Assembly (NCBI GenBank): GCA_030295235.1
Contig: AP026136.1
Span: 1,054,001-1,118,000, forward strand
DNA length: 64,000 nt
Reading direction: 5' to 3'
Source of the DNA: Fistulifera solaris
Taxonomy: Eukaryota
The notes under the pieces are model-generated. The model saw only the letters and a list, made by a program, of their open reading frames with translations. It ran no database searches and was not told where the DNA came from. This document shows positions 37,284 to 49,042 of the stretch, one piece after another. Positions within the stretch are counted from its first letter, which is position 1. Each line of letters starts with the position of its first letter. The position numbers and the translations under genes are program-made.

Positions 37284-38678
37284 TTAGTTGGTAGACATAG
37301 TATCATCGCTGCTGTCGTCGTCTGAGTTACCTTCTTCGTCACTCAATTCCAAGTCTAATTCTTGCTCACGTTCCGCGTTCGACTTCAAAGTTTCTTCCGG
37401 CAAAGAGCTTCTTGTTCACCCAACAACTGGCCAGTAGTTTCTTCTCCGCCCGACTTGCGTGGCCGAGCGCTTCTTTTGCTTCGGGTCTTTGCTAGTGTTA
37501 TGGATTTTCATCATACGCTTCATCCGCTCTGCCAATTCATCTAGCTTATCCTTTTTAGCAGGAGTTGAAGTTTTCTCAAAAGAGTCATCAATCTGCACTC
37601 GCCACATCACGTAGATAACGGTCCACTTCATCTTCTTGAACTTGGTAGGCAACACGTGCTGAATCGCCGTCAGCTCGCTTCCATGGATCTTACTCTGCCC
37701 ATCTGAGGAACCGGCGATCATCAAACACACAGCACTTGTGATTCAAATTGAGCTGGACGGTGCGAGTTTGAAGTACGGGGGTTTCACGGCTTTGTGGCAA
37801 AGGTCTGTGTCATCGCCATAGCCTCGCCGAAGTACATGTCGGTCGCTTGCCCATACTTGTCCTCGTCCCGTTCAACGTCGGCCATGATATCAGGATTCAT
37901 GTAGAAATATGCCGGTGCCGTCGGAATGGTAAGGCTAATGCTCATACCATCCGGTGCCAGCCGTGCAGAATACTTCCCAATGTCGTTTGGATCGAGAACA
38001 GGCAAGCGCCAAATCAAACGCTTTCGCAACCCCCTTCTTCCGAGTCATGTGCACAAACGGAGTAGCTATCCCGAGGATGCTTTCCGGATACAAGCGGTTT
38101 TGGAACACATCGACCTCAATCTCAACTACGTCGTCAAAAAGCAATGACGCCATGTTCTCAGTCGCCTTTGCAAATGATCGAGGCAACGAGCTTGTTTTTC
38201 TGCGCTGCAGGTGAAGACTCCAATGCAATCAAAGTGTCTTGATCACTGGAGGAGGATGAAGACTGGCTTGAGGGACTGTCTGGACTGGTGTCTGAATTGT
38301 CTCGATCTGTAGAAGGGCGGATACCAGCTTTCTCTAGCACTGACTGGTAATCTTCAATCGAAAGTAATCTCCACTTGGCTGTAATGTGTTAGAAGGAGCT
38401 TTGAAAACAAGAAGAATAGTAGGAAACCATACCTTTTGAATTTTGTTTTCCACTTGGCGTTTTCCTCTTTCGCCTCACGCCGTAAAGTCGACTCTTGGAC
38501 TTGATGAGATTTCCCAACTTGAAGCGGGGCTCTCGGCTCAAATCTTTCGTAAAGCCTCCGGCTTGTTCGATGTCGCGAAGAAGCTCGTTGAGTATTGGCT
38601 CTGGAAGTCCGAACGAAGAGAGAGAGCGCTGGCTTGTTTTGTTGATGCAGATCTAGTTGCAGAGGATGATTTCTTCAT
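37284..38678 (-). pseudogene. Transposon ORF-B: putative Myb/SANT-like partner protein, several frameshifts, intron 38379-38432
   Basis: Fragments GLPEPILNELLRDIEQAGG..FKLGNLIKSKSRLYG..(RQVENKIQK in an alternate frame)^KWRLLSIEDYQSVLEKAG, Ser-rich linker, beta-rich C-terminal part, acidic tail; divergent from the transposase. Myb assignment is inference. Confidence 0.65.
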
Positions 38679-39240
38679 CTCCGCAAAAATAATGCGTTCT
38701 GAGTTCTGAATCTGGTTGATCTGGGCCTCTTTTGGACAACGATGTACGATGTATCATGTATCCTTGATGTTCAGGGTTTTCTGTTCTCTCAAACTTCGCA
38801 AGTCGCAAGAATCCTAAAAACGTCCGCTTTATTTTAATTTTGTATTGCCCTAATGCCTAGTTGCGTAAGAACAGAAGCCGCTATCGTATGAAGTGTAGCA
38901 AATTCGTTTTCTAGATATGCCAGGTTCCTAATATATCGAGTTACTGTTTCATCCTAAATCACGAATTCCTAAATGAGTGTCTTGGGGCAATAATAATTGC
39001 TCGGTAAAAAGTGACAAACGACAACGACAAAACACAAAACACACGTTGATCAAAAACCAAAAACATTATCATTGTTTAAGTTTCCTTCAAGCAACTTTCA
39101 CTTTTCAGCTTTTGTTGCATTGATTCTGATGATTCTGATCGAAGAAACTTTGAAGGCTGACAATCTGTGTGACTAAATCAACAAAACCTACCCGGGGCCC
39201 GCTTTGCTTCTTGTTCTTTCAACGCTCTTTTCTGGCTACA

Positions 39241-40261
39241 ATGGCCTTTCTCTTTACACCCAAGGAGATGATGGTGAAAGGCCTTCTCTTGATACCCAGC
39301 TATGATGTCAGTCGCATTAAAAAGCTCTGTCAAAACACCAAGCTGAAAGACTTTAAGCATTGGTATGGAGCAACGCCGGAAGTTAGCAGCGCAATTTGGA
39401 AAGATCTCCAAACGTGTGACAATGTCTCGAATCGAATCAATCCACGAAAGGTAAGTTCCTTGCACTCGATCACAATAAAAACACCATACCTCTAAACCTT
39501 TACATGGATAGGCTCGTGTGGAATACTTTTTCATGTCTTTACATTTCTTGAGAAAGTATCCCACAGGTGAAGAACAAGCGAAGTTGTTCAACATCAATCG
39601 AGAGACGGTGTCGACTTGGACATGGTTCTTTCTCGAAAAGATCGCAGTCTTGGAGAGCCAGAAGATTGTTTGGCCGAAAGAGTGGGAAAAAGAGCGGTAC
39701 GCTGCTGCAAGGAAGAAAGGGAAAGACCAGCAAGATGTCTATGCTGTTAGCTTCGGATGTTCGGTCGATGGAACTCATGGTCGTATCCACGAACCGTCAG
39801 TGGGAGAGCCGCAGTCAAAGAACCCAATCTACTTCTCGCACAAATCTCATGGACCTGCCTTTGCTTACGAATTTGCAATAGATATTTTCCAAGATCGTCT
39901 TGTTTGGATGAATGGGCCTTTTCCTGCGTCTACCCCCGATAGAGAAATCTTCAAAAATGGTTTGATGAAAATGATACCCGATGGTATGCGTGTTGTGGCA
40001 GATAGCGGATACTCGGGAGAGAAATTGAAGCATATTATTAGTGGCCCAAATCCCCGTGACAGCAAAAAGTTGCGTAAATTCAAGTCGCGAGCAAGGTCGC
40101 GTCAGGAAGATTTCAATGCGCGTCTCAAGAACTACAAGATTTGTGCCGAAACGTTTCGCCATGATCGATACCGTAAAAAGAGACACAAGGCATCGTGGAC
40201 AGCTGTAGCTATTATATGCCAGTATCGAATTGAGCATGAAAAAACGTTTTGGAGTGTTTAA
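39241..40261 (+). CDS. PIF/Harbinger-like DDE transposase (DDE_Tnp_4-type); intron 39451-39511
   Basis: Spliced 319-aa ORF with HTH (FLRKYPTGEEQAKLFNINRETVSTW) and catalytic SVDGTH, YFSHK, GPFPAS, VADSGY, RSRQEDFNARLKNY. Confidence 0.92.
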
Positions 40262-40327
40262 AGAAAGATAGAAGAACTAAAGTTTTCAATGCTGAACATT
40301 GAGCAAACCACTATTTATACATTGTAT

Positions 40328-40867
40328 CTACTTCTTAGATTTCTTACTCTTCTTCAACTTCTTTGATTTAAGATAAGCTATGAAGAGCTCGCGACGTTTC
40401 TCTTGCCCGATATGCTGGCGAAACGTACTGCGATCGAAAACTTGGTACGCCAAATTGCTCAGGTAAAGCTTCTTAAAACCCAACGATTCGTCAAGCTTGG
40501 CTCTCACATCACAACGAAGCAATCGTTGAGCTTCAGATCCATCCCAAACAGGCTTTCCACGCCTATCAATTACTTGCTTGGGGAACACGGTACGATCCCG
40601 ACGAAGAGCATCTTCGTCCGCGGCCGCAGAGGCATACAGTTCGAGATGCTCCTTCCGAAGTCTTTTGAGGTTGGGAGAGAAGTTCTTGAAAGCAAACTGC
40701 TGAAAAAGTTCCCGCCGATCAGAAAGATTGTAGACCTCTTCCGCTGACATTTTGGTTGAGTCAATAGGCACGTGGCCGCTCACAAGATCATTGACAAGCT
40801 GCTTCTTCGCTTTGGACTTTATCCAGAGGTTTCCTTCCTTATCCTTTGGTCCCTCCCTTTTGGCCAT
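40328..40867 (-). CDS. Transposon ORF-D: 179-aa basic protein with two homologous helical halves and an NLS-like tail
   Basis: Intact ORF convergent with the transposase; W..S.A...L..D repeated twice; tail KSKKLKKSKKSKK. Confidence 0.82.
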   Translation of the reverse strand: MAKREGPKDKEGNLWIKSKAKKQLVNDLVSGHVPIDSTKMSAEEVYNLSDRRELFQQFAFKNFSPNLKRLRKEHLELYASAAADEDALRRDRTVFPKQVIDRRGKPVWDGSEAQRLLRCDVRAKLDESLGFKKLYLSNLAYQVFDRSTFRQHIGQEKRRELFIAYLKSKKLKKSKKSKK

Positions 40868-41089
40868 TTTTCGATGCAGACCTTTTAAAAGAAATTCCGG
40901 CTGATATCAAATTACTCTTTGTTGAATGGAAACAATCTTCTTATTTCAATGGACTTGTCAAGAAGAACAAATACGGAGTATAATGTGTTTTGAGTGCGAC
41001 GAGTTTTCGTCGAGTTCGTTAAACATTGAAAAGCCTTAATTAAAAAGCGTCATATTTTCTGTTGAGGTTCGTGGCGTACTCATTTGCGC

Positions 41090-41147
41090 TAGAGAGAGAA
41101 ATCTCACTTTAGAGAGAGAAATCTCACTATAGAGAGAAATCTCTCTA
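41090..41147. repeat. Right subterminal array: three palindromic units of the same 20-bp motif
   Basis: TAGAGAGAGAAATCTCACTT, TAGAGAGAGAAATCTCACTA, TAGAGAGAAATCTCTCTA. Confidence 0.92.
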
Positions 41148-41417
41148 TGGCAACAAGCAAAATTACATAGGGAATAAGGTGATTTACTATTATTGTATAA
41201 AACGTGAACTAGAACCGGATGCTGGTTGATACAGTTGTGTACTAAATTGATTCTTTTGTGTGATGACATGTCATATAGACTAAAAGTGTAAAGATCTTGT
41301 CACGGAGAGACTTCCGACAAGCACCCTGGTACATTTTCATCATTCGATCTTGCTAAAAAACGCTTGTAATTACATTGTATGTTGGAAGGTAATAATTGTT
41401 GATTCATAAATAAAAAA

Positions 41418-43145
41418 ATGCAACAAGTTCGATCAAGGCACCGATTTCAATTTGAACAACTGCCTCAGACAGTGTCACCCGCGTCATCGAAACAGCCAAC
41501 CAGAAGGAGGAAACAGGCATTTTCGTACCAACCATGGCTTTTGGGTGCGACGCGACGGCACAGTGCCGTACTTGCAATGCTTGGGGCCTTCTTTTCCTGC
41601 TAGCTATGCTTTCGATGACCAGGGTATTATCAATAAGAAGACAATTGGGCGACGCTAACTACCAATCACGAACGACTATTGTGTTTCCTCTTCTGCAAAA
41701 TACAAGGGATTTTCACAAGCCCAGTTCAACCATGGATACCCATCGCTCGCCTAATTTCGGCGACGTGAAGGTTAATTTATATACAAGCGACGGTATGGAA
41801 AAGATTCGTCGAATTTACAGGGATATTAAAGCAGAAAGAGGAGAATCGCTCGACAGTAAGCACCCAGAAAGCGAGCGCTCGTTCTTTGATTATATTTACA
41901 ACTTCGATGACGACTATCTCCGAAATCCATTGTGGACATGGGAGGATGATAAGATTCAGGATGAAAAGACATGTCGTCGAAATGCTTGGCATCGAAAAAG
42001 TCCCATGGATTGCAACTCCATGCACGAGCTGGACTTGCAAGGTCTATTGACCGAAGGAAAAGTGAAGGCATTGGGGTAAGCAACTATTCTTCGACGTGTT
42101 CACAACGCTTTTCGATTTATCACTGATGCCTCGTACGTCCAGCAAAGGAGGTTTCCGGGACGTCTTCTTAGTTCGCCACGGTGATGGCAGAAAGTTCGAA
42201 GAAGTTGTTTTCAAACAATACCATTTTGACTCAAATTACGATCATGAAGACTTTGAATACATGCGAATCGACTCTCTAGTGACCGAACTCTTCACGAGCA
42301 GCTCCCTCTTTCTAAACATTTATAGGTACGTAATAAAGTTTGTCAGAAGGACTTCCTATCCCGACTTCGACTTACTTTTGTGCGCAGCAATTGCGGTTTA
42401 TCCACCATGGTAGAGGCTATGGGCGACGGTTGCGTCGAAGATTACGCAGTACCATTACAGAAAGAACGAGGCTATATTGAACTAGACGACAAAGATGATG
42501 TGGACCCGAAAAACAATCTGACCATCACGCAAAAGGTCAACTTTGCTCTGGACATGGCCGAGTCGCTCGCTATGATGCACAATTATCCGGGTGGGGTGAT
42601 CGTTCATGATGACGTGCATCTGGAACAGTTCCTCCTCACAAAAGATCATATGCATGTCAGAATTCAAGATTTTAATCGAGCCGAAATCATGTTGTGGAAC
42701 AGTGAAGATGAGGAATATTGTCGCTATCGAAATGGACCTGGACACGGCACCGTAAGTACAACAGACGAACCTCCTGACTTATTCATACTAAAGCGTTCTC
42801 ATACATTTCACAATTTAGTGGAGATCACCCGAGGAGTATAGAGACTTGCCATTGGACGAGAAAATTGACGTATGGAGTTTAGGATCCAATTTATATGCTA
42901 TGCTAACGGGTCTGAATCCATTTTACGAGATCGAGTCCGGAAAAGCCGTTAAGCAGAAAATAAAGGAAGGAAAGATACCTCCAATCGACCCCCGTTATCG
43001 CAAGCGAAGCTTTGGAGAACAAAAGTTGGTGGAAGCTATAGAACACTGCTGGGTAGCTGACCGCAATAAAAGGAGCAACATTTACGACGTGGTAAAAATT
43101 CTCCGCGAAGCCGCTACGAATCCAACTGGCAAAGCGACATTATAA
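41418..43145 (+). CDS. Type II membrane protein kinase (PKDCC/VLK-like secretory kinase); three introns (42076-42142, about 42327-42388, about 42752-42818); frameshift about 41592
   Basis: Spliced LG^KGGFRDV Gly loop, VVFK, VHDDVHLEQFLL, IQDFN, WRSPEEY, EKIDVWSLG; N-terminal TM. Confidence 0.85.
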
Positions 43146-43453
43146 CAGTTTTAGTAAATGGACATTCATTGAAATACCCGAACGAAGCAGTCGATGCACG
43201 CATTAGAATCCGTGAGGCACAACACGAAACACTTAAAAGTTAGAAAAGGCCTCTCCGACATCTTGCATGACATAACTGTAACCTTAATGCTAGAGCACCT
43301 CATCATTGCGCTTTCAAAAAGCGCATCATTTTTGCGCAGATTTTGCCTCTGGAGTTCCATGCATCATGTTTATATAGTAACTTTGAATCCGAAACTACAA
43401 AACAGGCAGATTGAATCATTTTGTATGCACTTCGTTACCGTACCTTGCAGAAA

Positions 43454-45331
43454 ATGAGTTCTGACGACGATAGCAGCGATGATCGACACCTCTGTTCCGG
43501 CGGACTGTCGAAGCTTTCGAGAGATAAGCAAAACGGAACAGTAATCCAACGACCACCTATACGAGCAAAATTAGCGTATGATTCCAGTGACAGCAATAAT
43601 GAAATTGTGGTGATGCCACCGATGAAGAGTGCGATATCATCAGTTTTAACTTCGGGCCCCAGACTCACTGCTACCGGCTCTAATACCCGCGATCCTGTCA
43701 ACATGGCAGATGATGAATCGTCGTCATCGTCATCGTCATCGTCTGATGACAGCACTTCTCCGTTTAAATCCACTTTAGCTCAGCGTCTAGCCCGTCGCAA
43801 CGAGGCAGAAAAACTTACATCGAATGCTGCGCAAAGTAATGTGAAGCTCAAGGATTCGGAAAAGTCAAACCCATCAAACAGAAGCAGCAACCCAGTGCGA
43901 AAAGAAAACGCACATTCGTCGCAAGAAACCACCTACTCTATCGAAAACAAAGTAGGTCGCCTTAATATGGCTAACAGTCGACCCGAAAATTTGCCATCGC
44001 CCGCAAGTTCTAGCGATGAAAGCATTCGTTTGATGACGATAAGTAATGGTCAGCGAGCCATTGAAAACACTACAAAGTACACCTCACTCAATAGTGATAG
44101 TGACAGCGACGACTCATTGCTTGCGTCCTCGCAACTGAGGAATAACAAACCAGCTTCACGAACAGCACCAAGAAAAAATCCCATCCTTGCCAAGAAACCA
44201 TCTGTGAAAGCCCAACAAAAGGAGTTAGCGAAAGAGATGAGAGAACAAGTCCGTCGGGACAAACAGTTGGCGAAAGAAATGGAAAAAGATCTACGACATC
44301 AACAGCGAATAGCCAAACAAGCTGCGGCTCAGGCAGAGAAAGATGATCGGAAGCGTCGACGCATCGAATCGGAACAGACACGTGGAAAACGCGCGATTGA
44401 CGAACTGGCTATTCTAATGGAGCATTCGCTCTGTCATCACCAAGAGCTTACGCTTCGAAACGATCTGCAGGAAACAGGCTTTCTTGTTGATAGTTATCCC
44501 AGCGGCTTGGGGGGTGATGTAGTTCAATTCATTCGATGTGATTACGTCTTTGGTGGAGGAGCACGAGCGGTCGAAATGCTCAAGCAAAGCAAACGAGAAG
44601 AGTACCAGCATCTCCCTATTGTTGGCGTTGTATTTCACGATCCGATGAATTTCATTTCGAAGATAGAACGGGATGCACACGACGAAGACGATGATTATCC
44701 AAAGCTGGAATCATTTCTGAAAGGTCTTGAAGTCGGATGGCGAGCAGCATGGCGAGTTGGTGCAGAGCAACGTCCACGATTCATTTTCTACCTGAACAAC
44801 GTACATGCGACGCTGGATCAACTTTGGGTGAAATCTCGGAGAAAGGACCAGTCCATGAAAGCTCCTCCAACTGGCGAAGAGCTTCAAGATGCCTTGATCT
44901 GGCTGTCCATTCAGTTCTGTGTCGACTGTATTCACTATCTTTGCCCCGAAGATCTGTCGACACAAATCACCAAAATGGCTGTGTGGTTGGCACGTGAACC
45001 GTACCAACGACAAATGACGGACCTGGAATGCGCCAAGAAGACAAAAATGCTGTGTTCTGACATGGATCCGCCTCTGGTTCGGTCGCAAGACTGCTGGAGA
45101 CGCCAGCTTTGTCAAGTTCCTGGAATTAGCGAAACCATGGCATCATCAGTTGTTAGCTATTTCCCTACCATGCGTTCCTTATATCTCCGTTACCAAGACA
45201 CTAGTCTGACGGAAGATCAAAAGATTCTTCTTCTTGCCGACTGTTTTGGACGTGAAGGACGGCGAGATGTAAAATGTTCAGATGCTGTCTATCGAATACT
45301 GACGAGCAAGAACCCGAACGAGCTGATCTGA
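43454..45331 (+). CDS. EME1: Crossover junction endonuclease regulatory subunit EME1/Mms4-like
   Basis: Disordered N-terminus, charged helix, ERCC4-like domain, C-terminal HhH WRRQLCQVPGISETMASSVVSYFPTMRSLY..LLLADC. Confidence 0.82.
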   Translation: MSSDDDSSDDRHLCSGGLSKLSRDKQNGTVIQRPPIRAKLAYDSSDSNNEIVVMPPMKSAISSVLTSGPRLTATGSNTRDPVNMADDESSSSSSSSSDDSTSPFKSTLAQRLARRNEAEKLTSNAAQSNVKLKDSEKSNPSNRSSNPVRKENAHSSQETTYSIENKVGRLNMANSRPENLPSPASSSDESIRLMTISNGQRAIENTTKYTSLNSDSDSDDSLLASSQLRNNKPASRTAPRKNPILAKKPSVKAQQKELAKEMREQVRRDKQLAKEMEKDLRHQQRIAKQAAAQAEKDDRKRRRIESEQTRGKRAIDELAILMEHSLCHHQELTLRNDLQETGFLVDSYPSGLGGDVVQFIRCDYVFGGGARAVEMLKQSKREEYQHLPIVGVVFHDPMNFISKIERDAHDEDDDYPKLESFLKGLEVGWRAAWRVGAEQRPRFIFYLNNVHATLDQLWVKSRRKDQSMKAPPTGEELQDALIWLSIQFCVDCIHYLCPEDLSTQITKMAVWLAREPYQRQMTDLECAKKTKMLCSDMDPPLVRSQDCWRRQLCQVPGISETMASSVVSYFPTMRSLYLRYQDTSLTEDQKILLLADCFGREGRRDVKCSDAVYRILTSKNPNELI

Positions 45332-45469
45332 TTCGACCAAAATGATTAATTTTTTTTCATGCTCAAAAATGCGCGAGGATTCAACCGATGATTTACCTGG
45401 TACCGTACGCGATCACATTCTGTTCCCCATACCCTAGTAATAGTAAAAGCGATATTGACATGCTGCGCT

Positions 45470-46834
45470 TTATCTATTACTTATGTCACTAGAAACTTCT
45501 ACGTCGTCGTCTTCCCGATCTTGATGAGAAGATGCCTCAACATCCTCCTGCGTTTGTGGTGGCTCTTCGTCATCACTTTCGTGAATTCCTAATCGCTCCT
45601 GCTCCCTTTCCACAAACTTGGCCAATCTTGGAGATAGGGCAGTCCCTATGAGGAGCTGCGTCGGATGCCATATGAGCAACGGCAGGGTATACAAGCCGAC
45701 CGAGGGATTATCTCCGTATATCGAGTTGATCAATGGTATTCCGATCGCTACAGTTTTGTGCGTGCATCCAAACAGTCCGAAGACGCGCAGTTTTGGCTGA
45801 TTTGGAAAAGCGAACGAGAGAAGAATCCAGGCGCTCGTCATGAGTGTAACGAGCGAAATGAACTGGAAAGTAACTGAAAAAATGGAATAAGATGTCAATA
45901 CGGCGGAGCTTGAAGCTGAGAACAGGAAGCCCAGACACTTACTCATAAGGAAGATATCGCCGATCGAGCTTTGGGATTCTTTATCAAAGGTTTTGCAGAA
46001 GACAGTGTACACAATAAAGACGAGACAGAACTGCTGTAATTTCGCAAAAAACTTTTTTTGTTTCTTGTAGAACTCCACAACGGGTGGTGCCGTCTTTTGC
46101 AACAATTGGCCGAAGAGAACGGGCACAACAACTCTCAGCGTCAGTTCATAAAAGACCTTGACCAAATCCACATCACCCGACACTCCCAAGTATCCCAATA
46201 TCAATAGAGGAGACAAAAGACTCCAATTAAATTGCCGAACGCTGAATTGAATACAGCAGAGGCTTCATCGCCGTTCGATGCCTTTGTTAAAATCTGACAC
46301 CTGAATAAGGAAAGAAGTTCGTCAGCGACGCTAAAGTGACCAACGAAAGTCAACACAATCCACCAAATGAACGTACATGTTGATTGTCATGGGTAAACTG
46401 GCACAAATGACCATCCCATTCGCTAAGTCCTCAGACAGAATCGAAGCAGCCTCTAAACCTCGAGATAGACCATACACCAAGGCAGAACAGACGCCAAAGC
46501 TATACAACTGAACCAGCACGTTAAATCGAATTTGTTTGAACGCATTCGAAAATTCACTCGTTTTGAGACCCAATCCTGCCATGACAAAAATGAAAATGAC
46601 GACGAGCCACGTCGCTGTAATATCGGGGGCCAAGTACGTTGCCCCGATGGGCGGATATGCCCGCGCCAAAAGAATCGCGACAAGAATATGTATCAGAAAT
46701 TCATTTTCCCAGTAAAAAGCCACAATACGGTCCCACAAAGTGGGTTTGGCTTGGTTTTGTTCTTCTTCTTTCGAGGCATTCTTATTCGAATCGTCGGAAA
46801 CATCCAGCGAAGAAGGTGTCTCTTGTGGACTCAT
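45470..46834 (-). CDS. Sodium/bile-acid symporter-like transporter (SLC10A7/BASS4 type), two introns
   Basis: [46 protein letters not shown] motifs. Confidence 0.9.
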
Positions 46835-47580
46835 TCTTATTAGAAAGCGGTTTATTAAGTGCGCAAACAGAGTTAACGAGGACTCCTCCGTAAAGTGACG
46901 AGATGCTACTTCTCTCAAGAGCTGGGCTCTTGGTTTGAATGCTTTCCTCGTAAAGACAAGGAGAAAATGAAACGATAGAAAACGAAAATAATACTGCAAA
47001 AGCTGACCACAGAATGAAAAGCACGTCATTCACTACAGGTACGGTACGGTACACCGTCTACTGTTTACCAGACTGCTCAAAAAAGAATTTTCAGTCCCAC
47101 GTCAGACGTGAGGCAATTATTCAAGACTGCATTTCAGTCATGAATCGAAACTGTTCCAAACCGGAATATGATTCCGTACTGTATTTTTCCCTTCTTCGAC
47201 TAGTTTTGTTCGCTTCAATTACACAATTCGAGATTTCATTGTCATTGAGAACATCTGCAATCCAAGTATGGATTGTTTACGCCGAAACTTACTTGCGAAT
47301 CGTTCTCTTCCACATTGAGTATAGTTCCAAAGTGTATGCGGATCACCACCACGACTGCTTCTGCATTTCAGTCATGAATAGCACCGCCGGCCTTTCAATG
47401 ATGAACTTATTCCCCGACGATGATGATGCCGACCGACAATGATGATTGTATAATTCAGCGCAATGGCACTTGTTGTGCTTCAGTTTAGAAGCGGTATTAT
47501 TTTTACCAATCAAAGTGAATACAATCCACTGCGCACTGCATTGCTATAACTGTTTTGAAAAATCATACCTGCGACACACA

Positions 47581-48904
47581 ATGGCAAAAACATTTCTCCA
47601 AAAGTCGGCTTTTGCGATGGTAGTGTTCTGTTTGCCTTCGGCACATGCGTTTCTCCCTCCCATCGGAAATCATCTTAAACACGTCTCTGCGGTTGCACAG
47701 TCGAAACAGTTACAACAACTATATTCTACCAGTGAGTGGCAGGAAAAGAGTTCCTCTCCGATGATGTCTCCGAAACTATCAGCTGCCGCACGATCATCGC
47801 TCACCAATAAGACGTCCACGGATCGACGAGGATCTCAAATGAAGACATTGCTTCGGGTCGGTGCTCCTAGTCTCATTATCGGTGCCGTCGCCTGTCTGAC
47901 GTTTCCCGCGCTTTCTATGATGATTGCTTCGCTAATACACGACGCTGGTGCATTTACCGTCCTTTCGCAAGATTCCAGTCAGTTTGTACAAAACTTTCTC
48001 AATGTAGCGGGTTTGCTCTTTAGCATTTTAGTGGGACAAACATGTAAGTACTGTTCCGTTCATTCATTCGTCTCAGCACAAAACTCTCATTTTTTGCCTT
48101 GCTTTTTTAGACTACTTTCTCTACCCACAGCAGGAAAGCATATTTTACGCTTTGTTTGAAGAAGTGACCGAAGCAAAGTCGTTGCTCGAACAAGTAGCAC
48201 TGGTATGCCAAGGGCGTTCCATGTACAATCGCTGTCTAGAAGCTATTTCTCGCTATGTTCAACAGGACTTGAAAAAGATTCAATCGGATCCAGCGGTGTT
48301 GTTGTCGGCTCGACCGGTGGATGACCCGCTCGAAGCCATCATGTACATGACCTCAGTAGGAGTTCCCGGTTCAGTCTACGATACCGTCAAGTCTCTCCGC
48401 GAGGCGCGTGCGAGGCGTTTGGGTGCCCTGCAACGAAAACTCCCTCCCATTCATATGCTCTTGCTGTGGGTATTGGCGGGTGTGCTTTTGGTGAGCTTCC
48501 CTCTGCTTGGAGCTGGGACGCAAACCATTGGGGGATTTAAGCTATTGACGGTGGAAGGCACCCTGTTTGGTGTAATGACATCTGGGATTATTTTGACCTT
48601 GCGAATTATTGGAGAGCTCTGGAGACCCGCTGGTGGAGCGTACAATGTGGATTCGGTCTTGTCTGTCATGGTCAGTGGCTTAGAGCAAGAACTCAAGGCG
48701 CGTCGGGATGGGCAGAAACTGTTCAAATCAAATCGTTTAGCACCATCAGGGCCGAACGAAGACTGGAGACAAGCTAGTCCTAGCAAGAAATCGGACGACA
48801 TGGAAGGTGAAGACTCGAACAAACCTTCCGTGCAGCAACAAGGGGCAGACATTGCGGTGGCGTTCAAACGAGTGAAAAGATGGGTTAAACGATGGACGCG
48901 TTGA
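47581..48904 (+). CDS. DUF4239/bestrophin-like membrane protein, plastid-targeted; intron 48044-48110
   Basis: Signal ..PSAHA-F; GLLFSILVGQT^YYFLY..Q..I..ALFEEV..A; LREARARRL; ELWRPAGGAYNV. Confidence 0.75.
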
Positions 48905-49042
48905 TTATAAATTGCTAGATTTACTGCTTCAAACGCATGCATCGCGGCATCGACAAGTATTTTCACCATAACGTATTGACATGACTACTCAATGTCCTGA
49001 GAAAAACAAAACAAAACTAGCGTTGGTTAAGATCCGCTTCTT

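Larger units (their letters stand above)
35532..41325. mobile_element. Full-length PIF/Harbinger-superfamily DNA transposon, 5794 bp, four genes
   Basis: Left TIR GGAGCTTGGCGGAA (35532-35545) vs reverse complement of right TIR GGTGCTTGTCGGAA (41312-41325), 12/14. CTG TSD at 35529-35531 and 41326-41328. Empty site TAC-CTG-GTA is palindromic. Internal DDE transposase and subterminal repeat arrays. Confidence 0.9.
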
